DNA from: an uncultured Gemmatimonadales bacterium
GTDB lineage: Bacteria > Gemmatimonadota > Gemmatimonadetes > Gemmatimonadales > GWC2-71-9
NCBI GenBank assembly: GCA_963771275.1
Contig: CAVYSW010000010.1
Location: 160,001-224,000 of the forward strand
Length of the DNA: 64,000 nt
Direction of reading: 5' to 3'
Shown: positions 9,172 to 19,667 of the stretch, one piece after another
How positions within the stretch are numbered: position 1 is the first letter of the stretch
Layout: the number at the start of each line of letters is the position of its first letter
The notes under the pieces: generated by a model
The model's database searches: none
Told to the model about the DNA's origin: nothing
What the model saw: only the letters and a program-made list of their open reading frames with translations
Program-made: the position numbers and the translations under genes

Positions 9172-10458
9172 ATGACGATCCACATCCCCCCAAGGGCCGG
9201 AGCGGCGCTGCTTGGCGTGCTCTGCCTCCTCGGCCCGGCCGTGGCGGGTGCCCAACAGCCTCGCACCCGCGCCGATTCCCTGGAAGTAGAGCTCCGTCGC
9301 CTCCGCGCGCGGCTGGATTCCCTGGAGCAGGTGGTGGCCAGACTCACACCCACGCAACGGGACACCGCCAAGGCGGTCGATGAGCTGGCTGCCCTCCGGG
9401 CCGCCGCCCGCCAAGCCACCGGTCGGACGGACACGACCCGCACCCGCGTGGACACGGCAACGCGTTCCCAGGAGCGCGGCGGCAGCCTGAGCCAGCTCAA
9501 CCCCGAGATCAGCGCCACCGCCGATATCCGTCTCCAGGTAGACCCGCAGGCTCCGACGACCGATAATGTCGACGTCCGGGAGGTCGAATTCTCGTTCCAG
9601 TCGGCGCTCGACCCATATGCCAAGACCAAGATCTTCCTCTCGGCAGGGGAGGAGGGCGTCGCCATCGAAGAGGCGTACGCCTACTGGACGGGGCTCCCCG
9701 GCGGCCTGCGGCTCGATCTCGGGCGGTTCCGCCAGCAGGTGGGGGAGCTGAACCGGTGGCACCCGCATGCTCTTCCCGAGAGCGAGCTGCCGCTGGTGCT
9801 GCGCGAGTACTTCGGTGAGGAGGGGTTGAATGGTGACGGGCTCGGGCTGTACTGGCTGGCGCCGTTCGGCGGCGGGGCCGCGGGGACGTGGGAGCTCTGG
9901 GGACAGGCGACCCTCGCCAACAACGAGGTGCTGTACGACGGCGGACGCCGCCTCGCCGGGCTCGGCCATCTCAACATCTTCTGGCAGCTGAGCCCCGCGC
10001 TGTTTTTCCAGCTGGGTGGGACCGTGCTGGGTGGCGCGAATCCGGATTCGAGCCTCACGAGCACCGTGTTCGGCGGCGATTTCCGGCTGACCTGGCGCCC
10101 GCCCGCGCGCGCCCTCTATCACTCGTTCACGCTCCGGGGCGAGGGCTACGTGAACCGCCGCTCCGTCGCCGCCGGCACGACGAGCTACTCGGGCGCGTAT
10201 GTAGACGCGCTGTACCAGCTGTCGCGCCGCCTCACGGCCGGCGCCCGCTTCGACTACGTCGAGCCGCTCGCGGCGCCCGGGGAGCACACGTGGGCGGTCG
10301 TGCCCACGCTCCAGTGGTGGCAAAGCGAGTGGGTGTACCTCCGACTCGAGTGGCAACATCAGCGCGACGCCCTGGGGGGCGGCGCGTTCGGCAACCGGGA
10401 CAAGATCCTGATCCAGACGGTTTGGGCAATCGGTCCCCACAAACACGAGACCTACTGA
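9172..10458 (+). CDS. Outer-membrane beta-barrel (porin-like) protein of a metal-uptake operon
   Basis: Signal peptide, N-terminal coiled coil, LNPEIS, REVEFSFQSALDPY, EEAY, NRWHPH, C-terminal GPHKHETY; directly upstream of SBP and permease genes. Confidence 0.72.
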   Translation: MTIHIPPRAGAALLGVLCLLGPAVAGAQQPRTRADSLEVELRRLRARLDSLEQVVARLTPTQRDTAKAVDELAALRAAARQATGRTDTTRTRVDTATRSQERGGSLSQLNPEISATADIRLQVDPQAPTTDNVDVREVEFSFQSALDPYAKTKIFLSAGEEGVAIEEAYAYWTGLPGGLRLDLGRFRQQVGELNRWHPHALPESELPLVLREYFGEEGLNGDGLGLYWLAPFGGGAAGTWELWGQATLANNEVLYDGGRRLAGLGHLNIFWQLSPALFFQLGGTVLGGANPDSSLTSTVFGGDFRLTWRPPARALYHSFTLRGEGYVNRRSVAAGTTSYSGAYVDALYQLSRRLTAGARFDYVEPLAAPGEHTWAVVPTLQWWQSEWVYLRLEWQHQRDALGGGAFGNRDKILIQTVWAIGPHKHETY

Positions 10459-10460
10459 TC

Positions 10461-11528
10461 ATGCATCGTCGCAGGGTACCGCTGCCCCGAGCCGTCGGCC
10501 TGGCCGGCCTCCTGCTCCTCCCGTGGCGCTCGGCCACCGCCCAGAACGCCGGCCTGCATATCGTCACCTCTCTCACCACCTACGCCTCCATCGCCCGCGA
10601 GATCGTGGGAGATCGTGGCACGGTGATCTCGATCGCGCGAGGTGACGAGAATCCACACTTCGTGCAGCCCCGGCCGAGCTACGTGATCGACCTCAAGAAG
10701 GCGGACCTGTTCGTGACGACGGGGCTCGATCTCGAGCTGTGGGTGCCGACCCTGCTCGACAAGGCCGGGAACGCCCGTATCCGCGAGGGATCACCGGGCT
10801 ACGTGACCGCGTACTCGGGGATCGATCTCCTCGACGTGCCCACTTCGCTCAGCCGATCGGCCGGCGACATCCACATCTACGGCAACCCGCACATCTGGAC
10901 CGATCCGGCGAACGCCATCACCATCGGGGGCAACATTCTCGCCGCGGTGAAGCGGCTCGATCCGGCGGGCGCGGCGGGCTACGATCAGCGGTACGCGGCG
11001 TGGAAGGACCGCGTGCTCCGCGCGTACGTGGGGGACGATCTCGTAACCCTCCTCGGCGGCGACGTCGTGTTCGACCTCGCGCGTCAGGGCAAGCTCTGGG
11101 ATTTCACCCACACGCAGCAGTATCAGGGCAAGCCGCTCGCGGGCCGCGTCGGCGGCTGGATGAAGCAGGCAGAGGCGTTCCACGGCCGCGACATCGTGTG
11201 CTACCACAAGGAATGGGACTATTTCAGCCACGCCTTCGGCGTCCCCTGCGTCGAGTACATCGAGTCGAAGCCCGGGATTCCGCCGACCCCGCGCCATGTC
11301 GGGGACGTCATTACCCTGATGCGGGAGCGGGGCATCAAAGTGCTGTTCTCCACGAACTACTACGACTACAATCAGGTCCGCACGGTGGCGACCAGGACGA
11401 ACGCCGTGGCGGTGAACGTTCCGTCCAACACCGACGGCGCGCCGGGCACCTCAACCTACGTCGACCTGGTCTCCCTCTGGGTGCGCGAGCTGGCCAATGC
11501 GTTCGGCACGCGGCCGGCCCACCCCTGA
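10461..11528 (+). CDS. Zn/Mn ABC transporter substrate-binding protein (ZnuA/TroA family)
   Basis: ENPHF, GLDLELW, GDIHIYGNPHIWTDP, YHKEWDYF, IESKPGIPPTPRH. Confidence 0.88.
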   Translation: MHRRRVPLPRAVGLAGLLLLPWRSATAQNAGLHIVTSLTTYASIAREIVGDRGTVISIARGDENPHFVQPRPSYVIDLKKADLFVTTGLDLELWVPTLLDKAGNARIREGSPGYVTAYSGIDLLDVPTSLSRSAGDIHIYGNPHIWTDPANAITIGGNILAAVKRLDPAGAAGYDQRYAAWKDRVLRAYVGDDLVTLLGGDVVFDLARQGKLWDFTHTQQYQGKPLAGRVGGWMKQAEAFHGRDIVCYHKEWDYFSHAFGVPCVEYIESKPGIPPTPRHVGDVITLMRERGIKVLFSTNYYDYNQVRTVATRTNAVAVNVPSNTDGAPGTSTYVDLVSLWVRELANAFGTRPAHP

Positions 11529-11546
11529 TCCGGACACGACACCCTC

Positions 11547-12395
11547 ATGGCTGACTTGCTGCAGGTCATGCTCCCGCCCTTCGTCGCCTGCATGGTCTTC
11601 GTGGCGATGCTGGGCTACCTCGGCATTCACATCATCGCCCGCGGCGTCATCTTCGTAGACTTGGCGCTCGCCCAAATGGCCGCCCTCGGCAGCATGACGG
11701 CCCTGCTCCTCGGCGTGCAGTCCCAGTCGACGATGGGCTACGCCTTCGCCTTCGGGTTCGCCACGCTTGGTGCGCTGGTGTTTTCAGTGACGCGGACGAC
11801 GAGTGGCAAGCCGCGCGTCCCCCACGAAGCGATCATCGGCATCGTGTACGTCGTCGCTTCGGCAGCTACGCTGCTCGTGGCGGACAAGGCTCCCCACGGC
11901 GCCGAGACGGTAAAGGAGGCGCTGGCCGGCACCATCCTCTGGGTGTCCTGGTCCGACATCATCCGGCTCGCGGTCGTGTACCTCGTGATCGGCGCGTTCC
12001 ACTGGCTGCTGCGGCACCGCTTCCTCACCATCTCGCTCGACGAGGAGAAGGCGATCGCGGGTCGGTGGCGGCTCCGCTGGTGGGACTTCTTGTTCTACTT
12101 CTCGTTCGGCGTCGCCATCACGCTCGCCGTCCCGGTCGCGGGCGTCCTCTTGGTGTTCACGTTTCTGGTCGTACCGTCCGTCATCGCCTTCCTGTTCACC
12201 CGGCGTGCACGCCCGCTCATCGCGATCAGCTGGCTTGCCGCGGCGGTGTCGTCGGCCGGGGGTCTTGGCGTATCGTACAAGTTCGACCTGCCGACCGGCC
12301 CCGTGATCGTGTGTGCGTTCGGGGCCCTGCTGCTGGTTGCGGGGGTGGTGCGGTTCCTCAAGACGCGCCTCGCGGAGCAGCCACCCGCCACCTGA
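11547..12395 (+). CDS. Zn/Mn ABC transporter permease (ZnuB family)
   Basis: YLGIHIIARGVIFVDLALAQMAALG, EAIIGIVY, GVLLVFTFLVVP, DLPTGP; multiple TM helices. Confidence 0.88.
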   Translation: MADLLQVMLPPFVACMVFVAMLGYLGIHIIARGVIFVDLALAQMAALGSMTALLLGVQSQSTMGYAFAFGFATLGALVFSVTRTTSGKPRVPHEAIIGIVYVVASAATLLVADKAPHGAETVKEALAGTILWVSWSDIIRLAVVYLVIGAFHWLLRHRFLTISLDEEKAIAGRWRLRWWDFLFYFSFGVAITLAVPVAGVLLVFTFLVVPSVIAFLFTRRARPLIAISWLAAAVSSAGGLGVSYKFDLPTGPVIVCAFGALLLVAGVVRFLKTRLAEQPPAT

Positions 12396-12462
12396 CCGGT
12401 CGGCGCCGCTCCCTCGCCCGCGCGACGTGCGTTTTCGCGCGGCGTCCGTATACTAGAGGGGC

Positions 12463-14802
12463 ATGGCTGACCTCGCGACGCGGCTCCGATCGGCGCTGGG
12501 TGAGCGCTACCGGGTGGAGAATGAGCTGGGAGCGGGCGGCATGGCCGTCGTCTTCCATGCCCACGACCTGCGTCACGATCGGCCGGTCGCGCTGAAAGTC
12601 CTCCGTCCGGAGCTGGCGACGGGCATCGGATCCGATCGGTTCCTGCACGAGATCCGGCTCACCGCCGGCCTTCAGCATCCGCACATCCTCCCGCTGTACG
12701 ACTCCGGCGAAGCCGACGGGCTCTTGTTCTACGTGATGCCGCTTGTCGCCGGCGAATCACTGCGCCAGCGGTTGGATCGCCAGCGACAGCTGCCGCTCGC
12801 CGACGCGCTCCGCCTGACGGGCGAGATCGCCGACGCGCTCGCGGCGGCGCACGCACAGGGCATCGTGCACCGGGACGTGAAGCCCGAGAACATTCTCCTC
12901 TCGGGAGAGCACGCGCTGGTTGCGGACTTCGGGATCGCGCGCGCCGTGGAGGTCGCGGGAGCGCACCGGCTGACCGCCACCGGCCTGGCGATCGGGACCC
13001 CCGGATACATGGCGCCGGAGCAAGCGGGCGACGAGGCCGTGGATCAACGGGCGGATGTCTACGCGCTCGCCTGCATGACCTACGAGATGCTCTCGGGCGA
13101 TCCGCCGTTCTCCGGCGCCACGGCGCAGGCGGTGCTGGCGCGGCAGCTGGCGGGCGAGGTACGCGCCGTGACGACCGTCCGGCCCCACGTGCCGCGCGCG
13201 GTGGACGTGGTGCTGGCGCGTGCCATGGCTGCCTCGCCTGCCGATCGCCCCGCCGGCATCCGGGATTTCGCTCGGGCCCTTGAACGGGCGGCGACAACCC
13301 GCTCGCGGTGGTGGGTGGGCTGGGCCGCGCTGGCGACCACCGCGCTCGTCGGCGCCGGGCTCCTCGGCTACGTCGTGCGGCACCGCGGCGCACCGGCCGT
13401 GCCGTCACCGGCACCTGCCGTCGTGGTCCTTCCGTTTCGCGCGATCGGGGAATCCGAGGAGAGCCGCTACTGGAGCGCCGGGGTCACGGAGGACGTCCGT
13501 GCCAAGCTCGGGCAGGTGGGTGGCGTCCGCGTGATCGCCATCCCGGACGGCTATGCGCCGGCGGCGGGGGATCCGGACGCGTTGCGGCGCCTGGCGGAAG
13601 ACGTCCACGCCACGCTGCTGCTTGAGGGCAGCGTACGTCTCGAGGGGGCACGCGTGCGCATCGCGGCCCACCTCCTGGCCTCGGACGGGCGGACGCAGGT
13701 CTGGGGCGAGGCGTACGATACGCTCGCCACGGACGTGTTCGGGATCCAGGCGGAGATCGCCGAGCGGGTCGCCCGCGCTCTCGACGTCGTGCTCAGCGCC
13801 GCGGACTCCAGTGCGCTCCGCCGCTCGGCCACGGAGAACCCGCAGGCCTACGCCCACTACTTGCGAGGCCGCTTCTTGTGGGGGACGCGGACTCCGGATG
13901 GGAATCGCCGCGCCGTGGCCGCCTTCGAGGCCGCCCTCGCGGTGGACCCTGCCTACCCGCGGGCGTATGCCGGCCTGGCCGATGCGCACGTCGTGGCCGG
14001 TACCTACGCCTGGGGGAATCGAGACGAGGAGTACGGTCTCGCGGAACGGTACGCGCGGCGAGCCCTCGAGCTCGATCCGCGGCTCGCCGAGGCGCACGCC
14101 ACGCTCGGCACCGTGGCGCTCGACTACCTGTGGGATTGGGAAACGGCGTTCCGAGAGCTGCGATCCGCGATCGCGTTGGACTCGAGCTACGCGACGGCCC
14201 ACGCCTGGCTGGCCCTCGCCTCCGCCTACCGTGGGCAGGCCGACCCGGCCTGGACCGAGGCCACCGAGGCGCTGCGACTTGATCCGTTTTCACCGGTCAT
14301 CGCAGCCAACGCCGTCGCCGTGGCAACGGCCGCCGGCCGCACGGCGGAAGCGATCCGGATCGGCGAGGCCGCCCGCCTGCGGTTTCCGGCCAGCTTCCCG
14401 CTCCTCAGCTACCTCGGCCTCGCCTACGCCGAGCATGGGAATGCAGCGGCGGCCGCGGCGATCGGCGAGACGCTCTCCCGAGCCGTGCCCGACCATCCCG
14501 TCCCGTGGTACCTGCTGGCCCGCGCCGCCATCGTGGCGGGTGATCGAGCTGCGGCGCGGAGGGCCTTGGCTGCGCTGGACAGTGTGCCACCACACCCCGA
14601 GAAGGCGTACGCCCTCGCGTCGGTCCACGCCATGCTCGGCGAGCCCGGCGAGGCATTCCGTTGGCTCGACCAGGCGTTGGCGGATCGCGCGTACTACTTG
14701 TCGTGGCTCAGGGTCGACCCGGGCTGGGCGGGGCTAAGCGGCGATGCTCGCTACCAGGCGGCCCTCGCTCGTCGAGGCCTCATTCCGCCGTCAGGCCGCT
14801 AG
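12463..14802 (+). CDS. Hanks-type Ser/Thr protein kinase with TM, TolB-like and TPR domains
   Basis: LGAGGMAVV, VALKVL, HRDVKPEN, DFGIA, GTPGYMAPEQ; then AVVVLPF...LLEGSVR and TPR repeats. Confidence 0.92.
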   Translation: MADLATRLRSALGERYRVENELGAGGMAVVFHAHDLRHDRPVALKVLRPELATGIGSDRFLHEIRLTAGLQHPHILPLYDSGEADGLLFYVMPLVAGESLRQRLDRQRQLPLADALRLTGEIADALAAAHAQGIVHRDVKPENILLSGEHALVADFGIARAVEVAGAHRLTATGLAIGTPGYMAPEQAGDEAVDQRADVYALACMTYEMLSGDPPFSGATAQAVLARQLAGEVRAVTTVRPHVPRAVDVVLARAMAASPADRPAGIRDFARALERAATTRSRWWVGWAALATTALVGAGLLGYVVRHRGAPAVPSPAPAVVVLPFRAIGESEESRYWSAGVTEDVRAKLGQVGGVRVIAIPDGYAPAAGDPDALRRLAEDVHATLLLEGSVRLEGARVRIAAHLLASDGRTQVWGEAYDTLATDVFGIQAEIAERVARALDVVLSAADSSALRRSATENPQAYAHYLRGRFLWGTRTPDGNRRAVAAFEAALAVDPAYPRAYAGLADAHVVAGTYAWGNRDEEYGLAERYARRALELDPRLAEAHATLGTVALDYLWDWETAFRELRSAIALDSSYATAHAWLALASAYRGQADPAWTEATEALRLDPFSPVIAANAVAVATAAGRTAEAIRIGEAARLRFPASFPLLSYLGLAYAEHGNAAAAAAIGETLSRAVPDHPVPWYLLARAAIVAGDRAAARRALAALDSVPPHPEKAYALASVHAMLGEPGEAFRWLDQALADRAYYLSWLRVDPGWAGLSGDARYQAALARRGLIPPSGR

Positions 14803-14844
14803 GGACGCAACGGCGATCACCTGGCGGGCGCGCGGACCCCTCCC

Positions 14845-15456
14845 TCAGCGCCGCTCGTAGGTCGGCCAGAGGTCTCGCGTCACCCTGCGGACCAGCAGGT
14901 TCACCAGCTCGCCGTACGCCTCGTTGGGGTCCTGCGCGCCGAACACGGGCGTCCCACCAACCACGGCGAGACCGGCAACAGTCCCGGTCGCATTGGCGCT
15001 TGACGACCAGACCGTAGCGCCCGACTCGGTGCTGAGGAGTCGCACCGTGAGGGCCACGGTGACGTCCGCGGCGAGCGCGGGTGTCGGCCCCAGTCTCACC
15101 CGGGGCTTCACGTTCGAGACGACCAGGTGGCCGGCAAACAACGCGCTCACGCCCTCGCGCTCGCCGATCGCCCGAACGGCACCGGGATCGAGCCGCGCCC
15201 GCCCGCCCGCCGCGAGCAGCGTGTCCTGGTCTCCCAGCTCCAGCACTTCGATCCCGCTCTGCGCGGCGAAGATCTCATCGCGGAAGTGATCGGTGGCGAC
15301 GGAGGCCAGCGCGCCGCGGGCGTTCTCGGTCGTGAACGAGATCAGGCCGACCCGCTGGTACGGTGTCAGGGCGAGCCGGGGGGGAAGCATGACCGTGGCG
15401 CCGCCGCAGCCGGCGACGAGCAGCACACACGGCAGGAGCGAACCGAGGCGTCGCAT
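14845..15456 (-). CDS. Lipoprotein, CsgG/TolB-N-like fold suspected
   Basis: MRRLGSLLPCVLLVAGCGG lipobox; IGEREGVSALFAG and VRLLSTESGATVWSSS pattern. Confidence 0.6.
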   Translation of the reverse strand: MRRLGSLLPCVLLVAGCGGATVMLPPRLALTPYQRVGLISFTTENARGALASVATDHFRDEIFAAQSGIEVLELGDQDTLLAAGGRARLDPGAVRAIGEREGVSALFAGHLVVSNVKPRVRLGPTPALAADVTVALTVRLLSTESGATVWSSSANATGTVAGLAVVGGTPVFGAQDPNEAYGELVNLLVRRVTRDLWPTYERR

Positions 15457-15485
15457 GATCTGGGCTCCTCTCGCGCAGGTCGGTC

Positions 15486-16187
15486 TCACGGCCTGGCTGG
15501 TGTGTCTCCGAGCACCGAGTTGGCGATGTAACCGATCCGCACGCCGTTCTCGTACACCGCCCACCAGCCGCCTTCCAAGTCCCCGATCTCCACCCTCGCA
15601 CCTGGCGGGAGCACCCGCGTGACCGCGCTCTCGATGGTCCGGTCCGCTCGCACGTTCGCCCACTCCGCGGTCCATTTGGCGCTCAGGGCCGGCAATCGCG
15701 GTTCGGCGCGCGGGGTGGGTGTCGCCCGCACGGCGGGGAGAGGCGGAGGCGCCGAGTCCGGTCGGGCGGTGATCGTCTCCGCCGGCCCGACGACGAGAGG
15801 GGCCGCAGTGACGGTACTCTCAGGGCTGGGCGGAACCGGGTGGGGCGTGGTGGTGGCTTCTGCAGGCCCGACCCCGTTCGAGCGCCACGGCGGACCGTGC
15901 AACACCCCGACACGGGCGAGCACCACCAAGCCGCCCACCACCACCGCCACCGCGGCGAGCCCTCCCACGCCCCGTCGTACGAGGCGGGAGCGCCGCACGT
16001 GGCACCCGCAGAACGGGCACTGGACGGCGTCGCGATCGATGTGCTTGCCGCACCGCCGGCAGGCAGTCAGTCTGGTGCCGTCCCCTGCCTCGAGCGGGTT
16101 CTGAATAAGGACGTGACCGCACTTGGGGCAGGACGATGCGACGTCCAGCACGCGCTGGCCGCAATGGGGGCAGGCGATCATCACCAT
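15486..16187 (-). CDS. Double zinc-ribbon + TM + Pro-rich linker + bacterial SH3 domain protein
   Basis: CPHCG/CPKCG/CRRCG/CPFCG; hydrophobic helix; WANVRA...VLPPG...GWWAV...GYIANSVL. Confidence 0.72.
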   Translation of the reverse strand: MVMIACPHCGQRVLDVASSCPKCGHVLIQNPLEAGDGTRLTACRRCGKHIDRDAVQCPFCGCHVRRSRLVRRGVGGLAAVAVVVGGLVVLARVGVLHGPPWRSNGVGPAEATTTPHPVPPSPESTVTAAPLVVGPAETITARPDSAPPPLPAVRATPTPRAEPRLPALSAKWTAEWANVRADRTIESAVTRVLPPGARVEIGDLEGGWWAVYENGVRIGYIANSVLGDTPARP

Positions 16188-16268
16188 GACGTAGCGAATC
16201 TAATACTTTTCAGGCTATTTCAACGCGCCGCCCGAAGTTGGCGGGCGACGTCCCCGTCGGCCATCGGC

Positions 16269-16754
16269 ATGAAAGAGAGAGCCCGTCCTGTGTCGCCCGA
16301 TCCTCTGGTTTCGGCCCAGTCATCCCGTGCGAAGTCCACCGGCGGGAGCGGTCGCGCTCGCGCGTGGGCGTGGACCGCGCTCGCGGTGGTGCTCGGGACG
16401 GCGCTGCCGTTCTGGCCCTACCCGCACGCCTGCGGGTGGTGGCTCTGGCTGTATTGCGGCGCGGTGTTCGTGCTCCTGGTGGTGGGTCTCCGCGCCGCAC
16501 TGGTCACCTGGCACGAGCACGTGGGGTTGGCGCACGCGCTCGCGCTGCTCGCGATGCTGTGGGCGCTCGCGCTCGGGGCGGAGACGGTACTGCCGCGGGT
16601 GCGCTACACGAAGGCGAGCGGGACGTGGAACTGCGGGCCGGCCGCGCAGCCGCCGCCGGGGAACGCCACCGCTGAGCCGCGCGAGAGCGCGGGGCCGAGC
16701 CCCGGTGCCTCAGACTCGAGCAAGCCGAAGGGTCAGGACCAGACGCCCCGGTGA
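16269..16754 (+). CDS. Hypothetical 3-TM membrane protein
   Basis: Three hydrophobic segments, FWPYPHACG motif; overlaps the next gene by GTGA. Confidence 0.55.
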   Translation: MKERARPVSPDPLVSAQSSRAKSTGGSGRARAWAWTALAVVLGTALPFWPYPHACGWWLWLYCGAVFVLLVVGLRAALVTWHEHVGLAHALALLAMLWALALGAETVLPRVRYTKASGTWNCGPAAQPPPGNATAEPRESAGPSPGASDSSKPKGQDQTPR

Positions 16755-17680
16755 CGCTCGCCTCGGCGCGACGTCCGCCAACGGGATCGCTCACGGCCGG
16801 CCACCTCGCCCTAGCCGCGGCGCAGGTCGCCTTCGGACTGTTCCCGATCTTCGGCCGGATCGTATATCGGCCGGGTGGCCTGACGCCGTTCGGTGTCCTC
16901 ACGTGGCGCCTCGTGGGGGGCTCGCTGGCGATCGGCGGCTTCGCGGCCCTGACCTACGGCCGGCGCGCGATCCCGGCTCGGGGCGACGTGGTCCGCGCGT
17001 TTGTGGGTGCCCTCCTTGGGGTCGGCATCAACCAAGGGCTGTTCCTGGTGGGGCTGTCGCGCTCCACGCCGATGAACGCAGGTCTCGTCATGGCGATGAT
17101 CCCGGCGTTCACCTTCGTGTTGGCGGCGGTCGTGGGGCAGGAGCGCTTCAGCCCGTCTCGCGCGGTCGGACTCGCGATGGCGCTGGCTGGCATGCTCCCG
17201 CTGCTGTTCGCGGGTGGCGTTGGTCGACTCGGGGCCTATGGCCTTGGCAACCTCCTCATGGCCGCCAACGCGCTGTCGTACTCGGGCTACCTCGTGGTCA
17301 CGAAGCCGCTCACGGAACGCTATCCGCCCCTCGTCGTGATCGCGTGGGCGTATGTCTTCTCGCTGATCTGCCTGCCGTTCGCGGCCGCCGGCCAGAAGCT
17401 CCTGCCGGATCCGGGGTTCACGGCGGCGTGGTGGTCGCTTGCCTACATCGTGGCGTTTCCCACGGTCATCGCCTACCTGCTCACCATGTTCGCGTTGACG
17501 CGGCTTCGGGCATCCACCACGGCGTTCTACGTGTTCTTTCAGCCGTTGGTGACCGGGATCGCGAGCTGGGCGATCTTCGGCGAGCAGCCGTCCGGCTACA
17601 TGCTGGTGGCGGCGACGGCGTTGTTCGTCGGGGTCTGGCTCGTCGCCCGGCACGCGGCCATCGCGGCACCCGCGGAGTGA
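16751..17680 (+). CDS. DMT/EamA-family transporter
   Basis: About 10 TM helices in two EamA repeats; NQGLFLVGL, PAFTFVLA...GQERF, FFQPLV...IFGE. Confidence 0.88.
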   Translation: MTLASARRPPTGSLTAGHLALAAAQVAFGLFPIFGRIVYRPGGLTPFGVLTWRLVGGSLAIGGFAALTYGRRAIPARGDVVRAFVGALLGVGINQGLFLVGLSRSTPMNAGLVMAMIPAFTFVLAAVVGQERFSPSRAVGLAMALAGMLPLLFAGGVGRLGAYGLGNLLMAANALSYSGYLVVTKPLTERYPPLVVIAWAYVFSLICLPFAAAGQKLLPDPGFTAAWWSLAYIVAFPTVIAYLLTMFALTRLRASTTAFYVFFQPLVTGIASWAIFGEQPSGYMLVAATALFVGVWLVARHAAIAAPAE

Positions 17681-17716
17681 GCGGGGGAGGGCCCGTGGCC
17701 TGCGCGCGGAGCGTGA

Positions 17717-18904
17717 TCAGTCGTGGGTGGAGCGCGGACGGCTGGAGACGTGCTCGCCGATCAGGATCTTGCTGATCTCCTCGCGCTGAATCTGATTCGT
17801 GCCCTCGTAGATCTGCGTGATCTTGGCATCCCGCATGTACTTCTCGATCGGGTAGTCGCGCATGTAGCCGTAGCCGCCGAACACCTGTACGGCGTCGGTG
17901 GTGACCTGCATGGCCACGTCGGACGCGAAACACTTCGACATCGCGGAGTACATCGTCGGGCGCTCCTTCGGCTGCGAATCGACGTAGCGGGCGGTCGCGT
18001 AGAGCAGCGCGCGGGCGGCCTCCACCCGCATGGCCATGTCCGCCAACAGAAAGCGCAGGCCCTGGAAGGAGGACACCGGTGACCCGAACTGACGTCGGGT
18101 GATCGCGTAATCCACGGCGAGATCGAGCGCCCCCTGCGCGATGCCCAGTGCCTGGGCGCCCACCCCCGGGCGCGACGCGTCGAACGTGCGCATCGCCGTG
18201 ATGAACCCGCTGCCCTCCTTCCCGATGAGGTTCTCGGCGGGAACCCGGCAATCCTCGAAGATCAGCTCACGCGTCGCCGACGCGCGGATCCCCATCTTGT
18301 CTTCCTTCTTCCCAAACGTGAATCCGGGCGTGCCCTTCTCCACGAGGATGGTGCTCGCCCCGCGCGGTCCCTTGGCCGGGTTGGTCATCACCACCACCGT
18401 GTAGATCTCGGCCTCGCCGCCGCCGGTGATCCACAGCTTCGTGCCGTTCAGGACGTAGTGGTTGCCGTCACGCAGGGCCGTGGTGCGGATCCCCCCGGCG
18501 TCGGAGCCGGCCTGCGGCTCGGTCAGCCCGAAGGCCGCGAGCTTCCGGCCGGCGGCGATGTCGGGGAGGTACGTCCGCTTCTGCGGCTCGCTGCCGGACA
18601 GGATGATCGGCAGGGCACCCAGGGCGCTCCCCGCGAAGGCGAGCGCGATCCCGCCGCACGCCTTCGACAGCTCTTCCGTCACCAGCACCATGTTCATGGT
18701 TCGGGAGCCCCCCGCAATCCCCCCGTACGCGTCGTCCACGAACACGCCGAACAGGTCGGCCGCGGCGATCTTCCGCACCACCGGCCAGGGGAACTCACCG
18801 GTGCGGTCGTACTCGGCCGCGACGGGGCGGACCTCGGCGTCCGCCAGGGTGCGCGCGAGGTCCCGGATGGCGCCCTGCTCTTCGGTGAGTCCGTAGTCCA
18901 GCAC
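17717..18904 (-). CDS. Acyl-CoA dehydrogenase (short-chain/butyryl-CoA type)
   Basis: [59 protein letters not shown]. Confidence 0.93.
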   Translation of the reverse strand: MLDYGLTEEQGAIRDLARTLADAEVRPVAAEYDRTGEFPWPVVRKIAAADLFGVFVDDAYGGIAGGSRTMNMVLVTEELSKACGGIALAFAGSALGALPIILSGSEPQKRTYLPDIAAGRKLAAFGLTEPQAGSDAGGIRTTALRDGNHYVLNGTKLWITGGGEAEIYTVVVMTNPAKGPRGASTILVEKGTPGFTFGKKEDKMGIRASATRELIFEDCRVPAENLIGKEGSGFITAMRTFDASRPGVGAQALGIAQGALDLAVDYAITRRQFGSPVSSFQGLRFLLADMAMRVEAARALLYATARYVDSQPKERPTMYSAMSKCFASDVAMQVTTDAVQVFGGYGYMRDYPIEKYMRDAKITQIYEGTNQIQREEISKILIGEHVSSRPRSTHD

Positions 18905-18917
18905 GAGGCGGGCTCCT

Positions 18918-19667
18918 TTACGGGCCGGCGGCGGGGGCGTCCTGCCACAGGAACGGTTCCTGGACCCACGTCTTGCCTTCCTGGAACAGCAACCGCACGC
19001 GTTGGTCCGGGTTGCGCTCGTCGAACGAGCTCACCTCCACCGCCCCCACGAGGGTTCCGACATCGGCGAGGGCGTTGAGCTGCGCGACCAGCACCCGCGC
19101 GTCGAGGTTCACGTCGCGCATCTCGACGGCGACGGTCCGGCCCGCGCGGTCGGTGGAAGCACGGAAATCCCCTTCGGGATAGAGCCCCTCGAACGTGTCT
19201 GCCGCGCGCTGCATGTCCTTGGCCGCCTGGGTGGCGTCCGCCGCCCCGAAGGTGACGCGCCCATTCAGCCGGCAGACCCACGGAGGGATCGGGATTTCCC
19301 GCCCATCGGAGTACGGTGCCCTGCGGGAGTCGGTGTAGCTCGGGTGCGCCCAGTCGATGCGGACCCCGCCGCCCCGCTCGACCCGGAGCCGAACGACGTG
19401 CGGGCTGTCTACCGTATGCGCGTATAGGTCGCCGCCCGTGATCCCGACGTGTAGCTCGATCGGGATCTCACCAAGCACGTGGACGAGCTCCTTCACAATG
19501 GTGGGGAGACTGGGTCCGGACGTCGGCTGGACGTGGCGCACCACGATCGCCGTCGCCTGTGGGTCGAACTCGAGCCACTCGCCGGGCAGGGCGGCGAGTC
19601 GCTGCTGCACGTCGTCCGGCAGGGCGCCGAGCACGACGCGCCCGTGACATCCCTCATCGTGGAACAT
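18918..19667 (-). CDS. Hypothetical protein, co-oriented directly upstream of the acyl-CoA dehydrogenase
   Basis: Globular-looking 249-aa ORF with GAGGG RBS and a 13-nt gap to the next gene. Confidence 0.6.
   Translation of the reverse strand: MFHDEGCHGRVVLGALPDDVQQRLAALPGEWLEFDPQATAIVVRHVQPTSGPSLPTIVKELVHVLGEIPIELHVGITGGDLYAHTVDSPHVVRLRVERGGGVRIDWAHPSYTDSRRAPYSDGREIPIPPWVCRLNGRVTFGAADATQAAKDMQRAADTFEGLYPEGDFRASTDRAGRTVAVEMRDVNLDARVLVAQLNALADVGTLVGAVEVSSFDERNPDQRVRLLFQEGKTWVQEPFLWQDAPAAGP

Noticed and set aside
12463..14802. Ser/Thr kinase as a RiPP-modifying enzyme
   Set aside because: It has the generic kinase-TM-TolB-TPR signalling architecture, no lyase or cyclase domain, and is separated from the peptide by the metal transporter
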